Part shown: positions 1 through 13,540 of the stretch, one piece after another
Numbering within the stretch: the first letter of the stretch is position 1
Layout: each line of letters starts with the position of its first letter
NCBI RefSeq assembly: GCF_963921235.1
Contig: NC_086097.1
Coordinates: forward strand, 111,230,001-111,294,000
Direction: 5' to 3'
From: Mobula hypostoma
Taxonomy: Eukaryota
Length of the DNA stretch: 64,000 nucleotides
Notes under the pieces: model-generated
The model's database searches: none
What the model saw: only the letters and a program-made list of their open reading frames with translations
What the model was told of the DNA's origin: nothing
Position numbers and translations under genes: made by a program

Positions 1-650
1 ACTATCAATACTACTACAGCATTATAAAACGAGTATTAGTTACTCAAAGTTATTGTCAGAGGAACTCATCCAGTGTATGCACTGAACAAAATTAGTGCTG
101 CCACCTAGTGCAGATAATGACAACTGTCTTACAATGCTGTCGACGATTGCATCCTCCAAATCTTCATTTTCATTGTATCATTCAAGATGATTGTTGATAG
201 ATACCTTCAAATGTTTTGTAGTTCATGACTTGTTGAAGTAGTGAAATCGTGTCATTTTCACTCCCAGCCATTTTTGACATCTCCAAGCCTGAATGCTTGA
301 AACTGCAGAGAGCAAAGCTGTTCTGAATTGTCTTACTGCTTATTTCTTGCCAATCATCAGTGACAAAAATCACTGTTTTTTTTACATAAAACACATGCAC
401 CGGATGCTCTTTTAAAACAGTTTGCTTTAAGCACAGTGTAGTGTCTAACAGCCACACAAGTGCGCATGACTGACACTAGTTAGAACCTGTTCAGCAGATC
501 TCCTGCCCCAATCAAGTGCCATAGTGCTCCAAATAAATGAAAGGAATCCAGGCTATTTTCTCGATTTTTTTTTTAGTTCTTTCAGAGTTGTCCAAAATAA
601 GTGGCTGTCCCAATTAACTGATGGCCCAATTAACCAGAATGCACCATATA
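1..650 (-). mobile_element. Tigger/pogo-like non-autonomous DNA transposon, partial (runs off the window start)
   Basis: ORF 182..457 has the pogo/CENP-B-type C-terminal motif WQEISSKTIQNSF. It is the reverse complement of the element at 6887-7692, sharing GGGACAGCCACTTATTT and CCAGGATTCC segments. Confidence 0.7.
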
Positions 651-1022
651 TGGTAACATATACTGTATGTAATGTACTTTGATAATAAATTTTCTTTGAA
701 TCTTTTTACTGTCCTAGTTGATCTAGACCCTACTGTATCTTTGACAACCTTCACTGTCCAACCAACCAACAATTCTGGTGTCATCACTTTAGATAGCAAA
801 ACAAAACCAATACTCTTGGCAGAAAGTCTGATGATAATAGTGCTATTGATTCGTCATGAGCAGAGTACAAAGAGTTATTTATTTATCTGCTTATTTAGAG
901 ATACAGTCTGGAACAGGCTCTTCTGGTCCGATGAGCTGCACCACCCAGCAATCCACCTCACTAAAACTACGCTAAACATAGGACAATATACAAGGACCAG
1001 TTTGTCTTTTGACTGTGGGAGG

Positions 1023-1581
1023 TGTTGTAGCGTGGATGAAATCACTGGAGAGACAGAGTCACTGGTAGATACAAAGCAGCTTCTTTATTCGGCACAACAA
1101 GGTACAGCAGGCATCGTACGGACGGAGACGCTTTTGGTAGAAAGGTCTGCTAGCTCAATGTGGGCTCGATATTTATATGCTAAACACAAAGGCAATCACT
1201 ACTTAAAAAATTATAGACAATGTTTCCTTTTGAAGCTACATACAAACATCATACCTTCTGACTTCATCCTTTCCCTCTGATGCCAACATGTTTGGGTTTG
1301 TATCCACAGCCTTTAGGAATGCAAGTTAAATCCACAATACATTTATTTGGCATTTTACGTGCTAACATAGAAGACAATTAATATTTTTAAAGTATAGATA
1401 ATACTGTCTTCGAAACTACAGCATCTGGTCAAACTACGGCGCCAAAAGCATCTGGTATTCACACCTTTTTAGGAAGCGCATTGTTGTGGACTCAATCCAC
1501 AGTATTTTGTCAAATAGAAGTCTGGTGGCCAAAGTCATTTGTGTAAATGAATCATCTACCCCAAAAACACTCACTCTAACA
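1023..1581 (-). mobile_element. LTR (3' LTR of an ERV/LTR retrotransposon on the minus strand); probable internal sequence continues to about 2170
   Basis: TG...CA termini (TGTTGTAG...TCTAACA). The minus strand has a TATA-like box (about 1172-1178) and AATAAA (1084-1089). A polypurine tract AAGAGGAGGGAC (1582-1593) directly abuts the LTR. Confidence 0.7.
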
Positions 1582-2959
1582 GTCCCTCCTCTTAGCCCTC
1601 CTGGACAAAAATTAAATTTGTATCAGGAAAGGCCAACCTAGGAGGATTTGCTCAAATAGGGCAGCAAAAAATGCCCTGTCTCGAAAATCCCCCCCCCTCC
1701 CCCAATTTTGTATGCCTTGATATCTCTCCTAGCATTCCCTAATCGCTACCTACCAATGTTAAGCAGAGAGGCTGTTCCAAGTCTTTAGGAATGCAGCTCC
1801 TTTCGTGTGCCTGTCGACTCTTACCCTGCAGACTGACTGCAGCTTAATCACATTCCTTTGTCTTCAGCCCTTTATCCTCTGGTCTCTCAAACTCTCCTTC
1901 CAGGAGCACCTATAGGCTCTCTCATCAATGTACAGGAAGGGGTTGAGGTGGCCTCTATGTAAATGTCTGCAAGGACCTCTCCCCGGTGGCACCCCCTTCC
2001 AAACTGTCCGGTCGATCACTGGCCCAACTGCTGAAACAGCCCAGCTCCTCAGACTGGGGTGACTGCTTTCAGATGCCGTGTGCAGTCTGAAATGCCATCG
2101 AGGTGGTGGAAGTAGTCTCTGCTTTAACTCAAACATCCCTCCCCATCTATTTCCCAATAAATCTCTATACTATGCTATAAAATTCTACCTTCAGCAACCA
2201 GCCTTCTTTACAGAGTACCATCATCATGCTGGATTGAACAGAACTGATTACACCTGGAATCTTTTGATATCTTTGTGATTTGGTGTTTTGTAGTCTGTGT
2301 TTCTCACTCGTCTTTTTTGCCATTTGCCCAGTTTGTTCTTTTTGTTCGTGCATTGGGGGAGTTTGATATTTTCCTTTGAACCTGTTCCATGGTTTCCTTT
2401 GTTTCGGGACTGTCTGTGGGAAGACTAATCTCAGGGGTGTATACTGCATGCATACTTTGATAATAAACGTACTTTGAATCTTTGAATCATTCAATGTTCC
2501 AAATGTGAGAGGGAGGGAATGTGAATGCAGAAACACTTCAGGGCATGACTAAAGCGAAAGGGAAGAAAGCCCGAGAAACATACTTAAATTTAAGAGTGTC
2601 GAAGAACTTTGACATCTGAAAGAAACCTCTGTTAAAGACATATGACAGGTGGAACTAGGGACAATAATTATTTTGAGAAAAAGTCAGTGCTGCTGGAAGA
2701 AGCCAGGAGTATGGATCACAGGATGCGAATAGAACAGTAATGCTGGAAATGCTGAATGTGTAGGAGATATCCAAAATCATGACTAGATCCAAAATGTGAG
2801 GTGTGAAATTTCAGGTTTAAACCAGAAACATTTTCTAAGCAAAGATACTACGGCCCTTCATTAAGACTGACATAGCAAGAAACAAGTTAGTCTAGGTAGT
2901 AAGGAAAGTTGAGGAGGGTGATAGGTGGAACAAAGGGAATTTCTCGGATAGAGTGAAAT

Positions 2960-3470
2960 GATAGTCATAGAGCCAAACAGACCTTCGGCCCACTGAGTGC
3001 ATGCCGACCACATTGTCCACCTAGCTAGTCCCAATTTGCTGTGTTTTGCCTATATCCCTCCAGGCCCCTTCCCTCCATGTACCTAGCCAAGTACTTCTAA
3101 AATCTTACTCTGGTACCTTCCTCAACTATTTTCTCTGGCAGCCCATTAAATATACCCCACCCTCTGTGTGAAAATGTTGGACTCTGCTACTCTGGGGAAA
3201 AGATTACTGCCATCCACTTTACCTATACCTCTCATAGTTACAAACGTTTCCATAAGGTCAACATTCACTCTCCTACATGCAAAGAACAAGGACCAAGCCT
3301 GCCCTGTCTCCCCCTATAACTCATGCTCCCTAGCTCTGGCAACATTCTTGTAAATCCTTTCTGCATTTTTTCTGGTTTAGTCATGTCTTTCCTATAACAG
3401 GGTGACCAAAACTGTACACAGTACTGCAATGCAGACTCACCAATGACTTGTACAACTACATTATGTCCTG
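2960..3470 (-). mobile_element. CR1 LINE 3' fragment, decayed
   Basis: Similar to the CR1 3' region elsewhere in the window (GACCAAAACTGTACACAGTACT is the antisense of EYCVQFWS; CACCCTCTGTGTGAAAA). Confidence 0.6.
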
Positions 3471-4462
3471 ATTCAAATGTATAAAGTGACAGTTTGGATC
3501 AGCTTAAACTAATGTACTGATAATGTTGTCCAAAAAGAGACTATACAAGTGAAAGAGAAACTAGAAAAGTATGCCTTCCAAATGGCAGTTTTCATACAGA
3601 CTGAACTTATTTTAACAACTGCTACAAAGCAGGATTTTGAACCAAAACGTCAACAATCTTTTCTTCCCAGATGCTGCTCAACTTGATGAGTTCTTCCAGC
3701 AGATTGTCCGTTGCTCCAGATTTCAACATCTGCAGACCTGTATGTCTTGAGTGAGAGAGAGAGGAACAAGAAAAGATGGTGCCAGCAGATTCTGCAGACT
3801 TCTTTCAGTTCATCCATGAAGCAGCCTATTTCTTTTTTCTTATGTCATTCTTTTCTTTTCAAGGTGGATATGGTTGTGTCAGAGTCTGTGATCTACAGTT
3901 CAAACGATGGTTCTTTGCAAGTGCTGGGTTTTCCAACCAACTGTGTGGCCTAACACATCGCTATCTCCACGAATGTCCTGGAAGACATGGAAGGTGTGAT
4001 GGCTAATCGCCGACTGCTGCTGGAGGAAGGCCCCTGTACTCAAGTGATATCCCTCTCTTTGTTTCAATGAAGGGAGCAATCCTCTTGGTCCTTGAGATGG
4101 GGACTTGCAGAAGTCACACAGAAGAGTATAACATCGGAACAGCGAATTGCTGATCTCTGCTCTCATTGTGGGAGCAACCTCTCTCTCCTTTACTGGAGAG
4201 AGAGAGATCCTGTCTGAGATACCGAAGTGCTGGTTGGTGGACTGTAGCTTGATGAACTCTGGATCAATGGACTCTTTGGTATTCTGCTGCTGCTCGCATG
4301 GTGGGTGGGGAGGAGTTGGGGTTGGCGCTGCTGCTGACACGGGTGGGGGTCGATGCTTTTGCTACTGCTTGTGGGGAGGGGGCTTCGATGTTTCTAACAT
4401 AGTAGGGGGTTTGTTTCATGGATGCCTGTGAAGAGGAGGAATTTCAGGTTGCATACTGTATA

Positions 4463-4770
4463 TATTATGAGACACTCCCAACCACAGCAGCTTCTGAGAT
4501 TTAAACGCTCTCTCTGGAGTACGGATAGTTGGTATGGCCTCTTTAAGGGCTTAGGACATTTCCGTTCATTGATAATCATGTTTTGGGCACCAAGACTTGA
4601 GTATTTAAGGAACACCTGAACATAGGTTCAGTGCTCAATCATAAGCCTACTGGTGATATCGTCTAGTGTTTGTTTTGTACTCAGATCCAACTTGATACCG
4701 TGTCTCGAACCTTGCTTCGGATACGCCGGCATTTAGGTCCAAGCCATCCTTGTCAAGGACTGTCATCACA
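4463..4770. mobile_element. Solo-LTR-like insertion with 5-bp target-site duplication
   Basis: GTATA at 4458-4462 and 4771-4775; termini TATTATGA...TCATCACA form a degenerate TG..CA inverted repeat; it interrupts a common repeat tail (GCATACTGTATA|CATATTCTGATACTAAATG). Confidence 0.6.
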
Positions 4771-4816
4771 GTATACATATTCTGATACTAAATGTACCTT
4801 GAAACTTGAATAAAAA

Positions 4817-6260
4817 AGATGGGGGGAGGGGAAGGAGGACAAGCTGGAAGGTGACAAGTGAAGCCAGGTGGGTGTGAAAGATAGAGGGCTGGAGAAGAAG
4901 GAATCTTATAGGAGAGGAGTGTGGACAATGGGAGAAAGGGAAGAAGGAGAGACACCAGGAGAAGTGATAGGCAGGTGAGGAGAAAAGGTGAGAGGCGAAT
5001 AGAAGACAAAGGAAGGGAGAAGAGCAAAGAAAAAAAATACCAGAAGGAGAAATTGATTGTTATGCCAACAAGTTGGAGGCGACCTAGACGGCTCATAGTT
5101 AGTTACTAGTTAGTTCATATCTAGTTGTTCCTCCACACTGAGGGTGGCACCATCATGGCAAGAAAGGAGGCCATGGACCAACATGTCGGAACAGGAATTG
5201 GAACAGGAATTGAAATGGTTGACCACCAGGAAATTCCTCTTTTGCTGGATAGAGGGAAGGTGCTCGACAAAGTGGTCCCCCAATTTACGTTGTGTTTCAC
5301 AAATGTAGAGGAAGCTGCATTGGGAGCACTAGATACCATAGGTGACCCCAGCAGATTCATCAGTGAAGTGTTGCCTCACTTCAAAGGACTGTTTGGGGCC
5401 CAGAATGGAGGTGAGGGAGGAGGTGAATAGGCAGTTGTAGAATTTCTGTTGCTTGCTGAGGTAAGTGCCAGGAGGAAGATTAGTTGAAGGGACAAATGGA
5501 GAAGGGAATCATGGAAGGAGCATCCTCTGCATAAAGCGGAGAGTGGCAGAGGAGGTAAAGATGTAATTGGCAGTAGGATTCCGTTGAAGATGGTGGGGTT
5601 GCAGAGAATGATGTGTCGGACATGAAACTCATGGGGTGGTAGGTGAGGACAGGAGGAACACTATCTCTGTTAAGGCGACAGGAAAAATAGGGTGAATGCG
5701 GATGTCCAGGAAATGAAGGAGATGTGGGTGAGGGCAACATCAATGATGGAGGAGGGGAAATCCCATTCTTTGAAGAAGGAGGACATTTCTGATATCCTGG
5801 TAAGGAAAACCTCATCCTGGGAACAGATGTGGCAGAGACAAAGGAACTGAGAAAAGGGAATAATATTTTAACAGGAGACAGGGTGGGAAGAGGTCTGGTC
5901 AAGATAACCGTGGGAATTGGTAGGTTTATAAAAGAAGTTGGTAGACAGTTTGTGTCCGGAGATGGAGACAGAGAGGTTAAGAAAGAGAACAGAGGTGTCA
6001 GAAATGGGCCGTGAATTTGTTGAGGGTGAGGACCAGTTCTGCCAGTCAGAGGGGATGATGGAGAGCTTTAAGGTTTTCTTGATGGTGGGGGGGGGGGTGG
6101 AAGTAGCCGTCCATGGTGAGAATGAGGCAATCAGGGACGGGGAATGTTGTTGGGGTGATTGAGAACATGTGAAGTGTTGCAGATGTACGTGGGAAGGCAC
6201 TGAACCTAGAGGAATAGAATGGAATCGAGGCATGCAGACATGAGTTCAGTTGGGCAGGAG
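4817..6260 (-). mobile_element. Penelope-like retroelement fragment (RT C-terminus plus GIY-YIG endonuclease), decayed
   Basis: Minus-strand frames contain FYKPTNSHGYLDQTSSHPVSC, RDSVPPVLTYHP and a degenerate GIY-YIG segment (AGVTYGI*CSQCSFLYICETQRKLG, about 5280-5360). Confidence 0.8.
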
Positions 6261-6886
6261 CAGGCAGAGCTAGAGATTGTTTTATTGGCCTTCCAATTCC
6301 CCTGGCAGCCTCCAAAGTTAACTGAAACAACTGCAGAAGTGTCAAATTGCTGAGTAACCTTTAAATAGCTCGGCTGTGCTGGATAGCTGTGGAAGCATGG
6401 TTCTCTAATGTTTCTACAGAAGTAAAACATAGCTGAGCTTTATCTGCAAATAATCCATATAATCTTTACACTAGGAATAATTTCATTCCACATGCTTCCT
6501 ATACACCAATTGACAGTTCTGTTTGAGAAGTCACCAGACTGAATTTTGAAAATGGCATCTTTCTCACAAAATAACTTCTTTTCCCTGATTTATGTAATAA
6601 AACTATTCAAATTGAGCTTCGCAGGAGGAAGGACGGTTTGGCCGGAAACATCGACTGTACTCTTTTCCATAGATGCTGCCTGGCCTGCTGAGTTCCTCCA
6701 GCATTTTGTGTGTGTTGCTCAGATTTCCAGCATCTGCAGATTTTTCTCTTGTTTGAAATTAAGCTTTGCATAGTTTTTTGTAACAAATAGTGTTTTTATT
6801 ATTTTAACATCAATTCTAGGGGATATTTCTGCCAAATAGGTGAGTGGAATACAGCAAAGAAGTAAACAAGACTTAAAAAGAAAGTC

Positions 6887-7692
6887 CAGTAGTTCCAGTT
6901 AAATGGCCATCAGTAAATCGGGACAGCCACTTATTTGGGACAACTTGCAAAGAACAAAAACTAATTGAGAAAATAGCCAGGATTCCCTTCATTTATTTGG
7001 AACATTATGCCAATACTGGGGCAAAAAACTGTTGCCAAACAGTTTCTAACCAGTGTCAGTTATGTGCACTTGCTTGACCTTTAGACACAACTCCGTGCTT
7101 TGAGCGAACAGCTTTTAAATAGCGTCGGTGTTTTGTGTTCAAAAAGTGGTGATTTTTGTCACTGATGGTTAGCAATAAATAAGTAGTAAGGCAATTTCAA
7201 ACTGTTTCCCTCACTATGGTTTGCAGCATTCAGGCTTGAAGATTTTTGAAAGGCTGTGAGTGACAATGAAACAACTTCATTACTTCAACAAGTTAGAAAC
7301 TATGAAAAATTTGAAAGTATCGACAATCATCTTGAAATGTTACAATGAAAATGAAGGCTTGGAGGAGACATTCATCAACAGCATTCTATGAAGGCAGTCC
7401 ATTATCTGCACTGGATGTCTGCACTGATTTTGCTCATTTACACTGAACACGGATGAATTCCTCTGTTAGGAACTAATACAAAGCTTTGTACTATTTAGAG
7501 GTATTTGTAGTATTCTGATTTGTTCTGTACTTCATTTAAATATATAAATTGTTATTCAGTTAAAAGGTAGTTTGTCTTTTATTATACATTTTTAACTATT
7601 TCCATGAAACTTCAGCTAATTGGGGCAACTGCTTAATTGGGCCAAAATGTACTGGTCCCAATTAATGTGCCCTAATGAACTGGAGTCCATTG
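6887..7692 (+). mobile_element. Tigger/pogo-like non-autonomous DNA transposon
   Basis: Degenerate TIRs (CAGTAGTTCCAGTTAAATGG ... CCTAATGAACTGGAGTCCATTG, followed by TA); same family as 1-650 in the opposite orientation. Confidence 0.65.
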
Positions 7693-9170
7693 TATTTTCC
7701 CCAACAAGAACAAAGTAATTGCTAATCTTGCATTTTCATTTACAGATTATTATAAAGAAATAATAATTACCCTTTCAACAAGTTTTCAAAGGATTTGTAC
7801 ATTATTTAAGTGCCATCCAAAAAAAAACACTTTACGTTGATAATCTCACCAAACAGTGGAAGAATTGGCATCAATTCAGGAAATTTAAAACTGATAATTA
7901 TATTTTACACAGGGGACCTGAGAAATAAGAGCAAACGAGAACTGGAGAGCGGCACAAATTTTTTTGGAAATTAATTTGTGCTCTAAGAAATGATAAAAGT
8001 TATTTCCATCATACTTTCCTGGAACTGCTAAGCTGGAATAATAGTGTAAACTGCAGATAAACTACAACTGTGATGAAAGCTTTCAGGGAATTCTAGACCA
8101 CTATCTAGCCAGCTGGTGACATTGTTACAACCCTTTGCTAACTTGTTACTTTCCAATATACGAGTGTCTTTTGGAAATGATCAAATTCTGTAAAATAAAT
8201 GGTTAAAACATTCTGTGTGCTATAAGGAGAATACAGTGCAAATGGATTGCTTAAGGATGGGGATCTAGAATGGAAATTTGATGTGAATATATCAGAACAA
8301 AAAGCATGACTACATCTTCACATTCCCAACTATCTAACTTTAGGTTCTTCAGTCATCAAACCACATGTGCAGCTACCTAACGTGCCCAATCACATTCTTG
8401 ACGACCACGTCTCCTAAACTACCCTTCCAGTATGACCTTCATTGTCACCCCCTTGAATCCAAGAGGCAGAGACTTCCAAGACAAATTGGTATATTTAAAA
8501 TTAGCTTTTTTAAAGATTTAAAGTATATTTATAATCAAAGTATGTAGGGAGTATACGACCCTGAAATTCATCTTCCCTACAGACAGGCAGAAAACAAAAA
8601 AAAACTATGGAATCAAATCAAAAAAAAAATCAAACCCTTTTTGTCACAAATATGAACAGAGTGCCATGGTTGATGAATTTGAGCTAGAACAGAAATTTAG
8701 CTGGTAAAATTAGCTTTGTTGATCAGTCTGTATCATCATGTAATAATGTGTTGGTTAAATTACTTGCAGTTGGTTAGGCAGATTGTAAGTCAATGCCGCT
8801 AAGCCTTGATGCATTGATTTATGAAGAGTTGGCCTGACAAAGCATAGAGATTGTAGCTTTTAATATCAAACTCTGAGTGGAGATCTAGGAATTTGAAAAT
8901 AGCAGTGAATTTATCAACTGGGGAGAGGATAAAGAGATTTGGGATAGGTTACAAAGGTGGAGGATCAAAGTTTTCTTTGTTTTTGAGGAGGTTGTGATGA
9001 TAGTAACTAAGGCTTTAATCTTGGCCTTCTGCTTCTTCTTCTTGTATTTTAATTCATTGGTCCATTTAGTTACTTCACTTGTGATGTTGGGTGCACATTT
9101 GTCGGTTTTGTGCTCTTCACTTTTTAAAGGAGGCTGCAACATTTGCACTCCCATAGAATCACTTTCATAT

Positions 9171-12100
9171 AGAAACATAGAAACATAGAAAATAGGTGCA
9201 GGAGTAGGCCATTCGGCCCTTCGAGCCTGCACCGCCATTCAGTATGATCATGGCTGATCATCCAACTCAGAACCCTGTACCAGCCTTCCCTCCATACCCA
9301 CGATCCCTTTAGCCACAAGGGCCATATCTAACTCCCTCTTAAATATAGCCAATGAACTGGCCTCAACTGTTTCCTGTGGCAGAGAATTTCATAGATGCAC
9401 CACTCTCTGTGTGAAGAAGTTTTCCCTAATCTCGGTCCTAAAAGGCTTCCCCTTTATCCTCAAACTGTGACCCCTCGTTCTGGACTTCCCCAACATCGGG
9501 AACAAACTTCCTGCATCTAGCCTGTCCAATCACTTTAGGATTTTATACGTTTCAATAAGGTCCCCCCTCAATCTTCTAAATTCCAACGAGTATAAGCCTA
9601 GTCGATCCAGTCTTTCATCATATGAAAGTCCTGCCATCCCAGGAATCAATCTGGTGAACCTTCTTTGTACTCCCTCTATGGCAAGGATGTCTTTCCTCAG
9701 ATTAGGGGATCAAAACTGCACACAATACTCCAGGTGTGGTCTCACCAAGGCCTTGTACAACTGCAGTAGTACCTCCCTGCTCCTGTACTCGAATCCTCTT
9801 GCTATGAATGCCAGCATACCATTCGCCTTTTTCACCGCCTGCTGTACCTGCATGCCCACTTTCAATGACTGGTGTATAATGACACCCAGGTCTCGTTGCA
9901 CCTCCCCTTTTCCTAATCTGCCACCATTCAGATAATAATCTGTTTTCCTGTTTTTGCCACCAAAGTGGATAACTTCACATTTATCCACATTAAATTGCAT
10001 CTGCCATGAATTTGCCCACTCACCTAACCTATCCAAGTCACCCTGCATCCTTTTAGCATCCTCCTCACAGCTAACACTGCCGCCCAGCTTCATGTCATCC
10101 GCAAGCTTGAAGATGCTGCATTTAATTCCCTCATCCAAGTCATTAATATATATTGTAAACAACTGGGGTCCCAGCACTGAGCCATGCGGTACCCCACTAG
10201 TCACTGCCATTCTGAAAAGGTCCCGTTTATTCCCACTCTTTGCTTCCTGTCTGCCAACCAATTCTCTATCCACATCAATACCTTACCCCCAATACCATGT
10301 GCTTTAAGTTTGCACACTAATCTCCTGAGTAGGACCTTGTCAAAAGCCTTTTGAAAATCCAAATATGCCACATCCACTGGTTCTCCCCTATCCACTCTAC
10401 TAGTTACATCCTCAAAAAATTCTATGAGATTCGTCAGACATGATTTTCCTTTCACAAATCCATGCTGACTTTGTCCGATGATTTCACCGCTTTCCAAATG
10501 TGCTGTTATCACATCTTTGATAACTGACTCTAGCAGTTTCCCCACCACCGACGTTAGGCTAACCGGTCTATAATTCCCTGGTTTCTCTCTCCCTCCCTTT
10601 TTAAAAAATGGGGTTACATTAGCCACCCTCCAATCCTCAGGAACTAGTCCAGAATCTAAAGAGTTTTGAAAAATTATCTCTAATGCATCCACTATTTCTT
10701 GGGCTACTTCCTTAAGCATTCTGGGATGCAGACCATCTGGCCCTGGGGATTTATCTGCCTTTAATCCCTTCAATTTACCTAACACCACTTCCCTACTAAC
10801 ATGTATTTCCCTCAGTTCCTCCGTCTCACTGGACCCTCTGTCACCTACTATTTCCATAAGATTATTTATGTCCTCCTTAGTGAAGACAGAACCAAAGTAA
10901 TTATTCAATTGGTCTGCCATGTCCTTGCTCCCCATAATCAATTCACCTGTTTCTGTCTGTAGGGGACCTACATTTGTCTTAACCAATCTTTTTCTTTTCA
11001 CATATCTATAAAAGCTTTTACAGTCAGTTTTTATGTTCCCTGCCAGTTTTCTCTCATAATCTTTTTTCCCCTTCCTAATTAAGCCCTTTGTCCTCCTCTG
11101 CTGAACTCCGAATTTCTCCCAGTCCTCAGGTGAGCCACTTTTTCTGGCTAATTTGTATGCTTCTTCTTTGGAATTGATACTATCCCTAATTTCCCTTGTC
11201 AGCCACGGGTGCACTACCTTCCTTGATTTATTCTTTTGCCAAACTGGGATGAACAATTGTTGTAGTTCATCCATGTGATCTTTAAATGCTTGCTATTGCA
11301 TATCTACCGTCAACCCTTTAAGTGTCATTTGCCAGTCTATCTTAGCTAATTCACGTCTCATACCTTCAAAGTTACCCTTCTTTAAGTTCAGAACCTTTGT
11401 TTCTGAATTAACTATGTCACTCTCCATCTTAATGAAGAATTCCACCATATTATGGTCACTCTTACCCAAGGGGCCTCTCACGACAAGATTGCTAATTAAC
11501 CCTTCCTCATTGCTCAATACCCAGTCTAGAATAGCCTGCTCTCTAGTTGGTTCCTCGACATGTTGGTTCAAAAAACCATCCCGCATACATTCCAAGAAAT
11601 CCTCTTCCTCAGCACCCTTACCAATTTGGTTCACCCAATCTACATGTAGATTGAAGTCACCCATTATAACTGCTGTTCCTTTATTGCACACATTTCTAAT
11701 TTCCTGTTTAATACCATCCCCAACCTCACTACTACTGTTAGGTGGCCTGTACACAACTCCCACTAGCGTTTTCTTCCCCTTAGTGTTATGCAGCTCTACC
11801 CATATCGATTCCATATCCTCCCGGCTTATGTCCTTCCTTTCTATTGCGTTAATCTCCTCTCTAACCAGCAACGCCACCCCACCTCCTTTTCTTTCATGTC
11901 TATCCCTCCTGAATATTGAATATCCCTGAATGTTGAGCTCCCATCCTTGGTCACCCTGGAGCCATGTCTCTGTGATCCCAACTATATCATATTCATTAAT
12001 AACAATCTGCACTTTTAATTCATCCACCTTATTACGAATGCTCCTTGCATTGACACACAAAGCCTTCAGGCGCGCTTTTACAACTCTCTTAGCCCTTATA

Positions 12101-12287
12101 CAATTATGTTGAAAAGTGGCCCTTTTTGATTTTTGCTCTGGATTTGTCGGCCTGCCACTTTTACTTTTCACCTTACTACTTTTTGCTTCTACCCTCATTT
12201 TACACCCCTCTGTCTCTCTGCACTGGTTCCCATCCCCCTGTTGTGAACTAACCTCCTCTTGCCTAGCCTCTTTAATTTGATTCCCAC
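9171..12287 (-). mobile_element. Young CR1 LINE, 5'-truncated, carrying nearly all of ORF2 (APE endonuclease plus RT) with stops and frameshifts
   Basis: ORF 11293..12198 (NARSIRNK, GITETWL, MGDFN, SDHN = APE); ORF 10201..11274 (PGPDG, NYRPVSLTS, YLDFQKAFDKV); ORF 9710..10273 (GVPHGSVLGP, LADDMKL); (CTATGTTT)n tail on the minus strand; CATAT duplication at 9166-9170 and 12288-12292. Confidence 0.95.
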
Positions 12288-12435
12288 CATATGAAAGGAT
12301 GCTTTATGATTGTGACCAGAGTTTCACCAAATCCATCCTCCTCTCAGAGTTCCAGAATACAGTTGCTTATATGGTGGATGCAGATGCAGATAACTTGGGT
12401 ACCTCTGTCCTGCTCTCTATATTCACAGGATCTAA

Positions 12436-13397
12436 ACAAAATAAGAGCCCATGGTATTACAGAAAATATACTAGCATGGACAGAAGATGGCTGACTGGCA
12501 GAAAGCAGACTGGGAATAAAGGGACCCTTTTCTGGTTGGCTGCCTGTAACTAGTAGTGTTCTGCAGGGGTCAATGTTGGATCTGCTAAAGTACTTCATAT
12601 GTTAATGATCTGGATGACGGTATTAATGACTTTGTGACCAAGTTTGCAGATGATACAAATAGGGCAAATGGTGTTGAAGAAGCAGGTAATTTGACAAAGG
12701 CCTTTGACAGATTAGCAAAATGGGCAAAGAAGTGGCTGATGCGTTACTGTGCAGGGAAGTGTATGGTCATGCACTTTGGTAGGAGGAATAAAGGTGTAGA
12801 ATGTTTTCTAAATGTGGAGCAAATTTAGAAATTGGAGGTGCAAGGGGACTTGGGAGTCCTAATGCAGGATTCCCTACAATTTAACTTTCAGGTTGAGTCC
12901 GTTGTAAGGAAGGCAAATGTAATGTTAGACCTGCTGTACGCTCACTTCCAACAAGAAGAAACTAGAATGAAAAAGCAAGGATGTGATGCTGAGACTTTAT
13001 AAGGCATTGGTCAGACCATAATTGGAGTATTGTGAGCAGTTTTGAGCTCCATATCTAAGAAAGGACATGCTGGCTTTGGAGAGATTCCAGACGAGGTTTA
13101 CAAGAATGCTCCCAGGAAATGAAGGGTTAATGTATGAGAAGTATTTGATCCCTCTGAGCCTGTTTTTGAATATTGAAAGGCCTACATAGAATGGACATGG
13201 AGAGGATGCTTCATATGTTTCAAATAGTGGGAGAGTCTAGAGCAGTAGGGCACAGCCTCAGAATAGAGGAACATCCTTTTAGAATAGAGGTGAGGAGGAA
13301 TTTATTTAGCTAGAGGGTGCTGAATCTGTGGAATTCATTGCCTCTGTCATTGGGTATATTTACAGCAGTTTGATAGGTTTATGATTAGTAAGGGAAT
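12436..13397 (+). mobile_element. Older CR1 LINE 3' fragment
   Basis: KIRAHGI and KFADDT...KCMVMHFGRRN in ORFs 12291..12494 and 12634..12828. Confidence 0.8.
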
Positions 13398-13409
13398 CTA
13401 AGGTTGCAG

Positions 13410-13540
13410 GACGAAGGGTCTCGGCCCGAAACGTTGACTGTACCTCTTCCTAGAGATGCTGCCTGGCCTGCTGCGTTCACCAGCAACTTTGATGTGTGTG
13501 GCTTGAACTTCCAGCATCTGCAGATTTCCTCGTGTTTGCG
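13410..13540 (+). repeat. Penelope-like terminal repeat with 5'-clipped hammerhead motif
   Basis: GACGAAGGGTCTCGGCCCGAAACGTTGACTG followed by the common GATGCTGCCTGGCCTGCTG...CCAGCATCTGCAGA tail. Confidence 0.75.

Noticed and set aside
672..1280. 202-aa + strand ORF
   Set aside because: It crosses a repeat tail, a SINE fragment and the antisense LTR, has no recognisable domain, and looks like a chance read-through.
7740..8300. Exons of a neighbouring gene upstream of LRRFIP2
   Set aside because: An acceptor-like site exists near 7745, but I found no recognisable peptide or consistent exon chain on either strand.
11414..11929. 171-aa ORF and similar ORFs at 9654, 9954, 39821, 40942, 49408 and 54037
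   Set aside because: These are antisense shadows of LINE ORF2 sequences.
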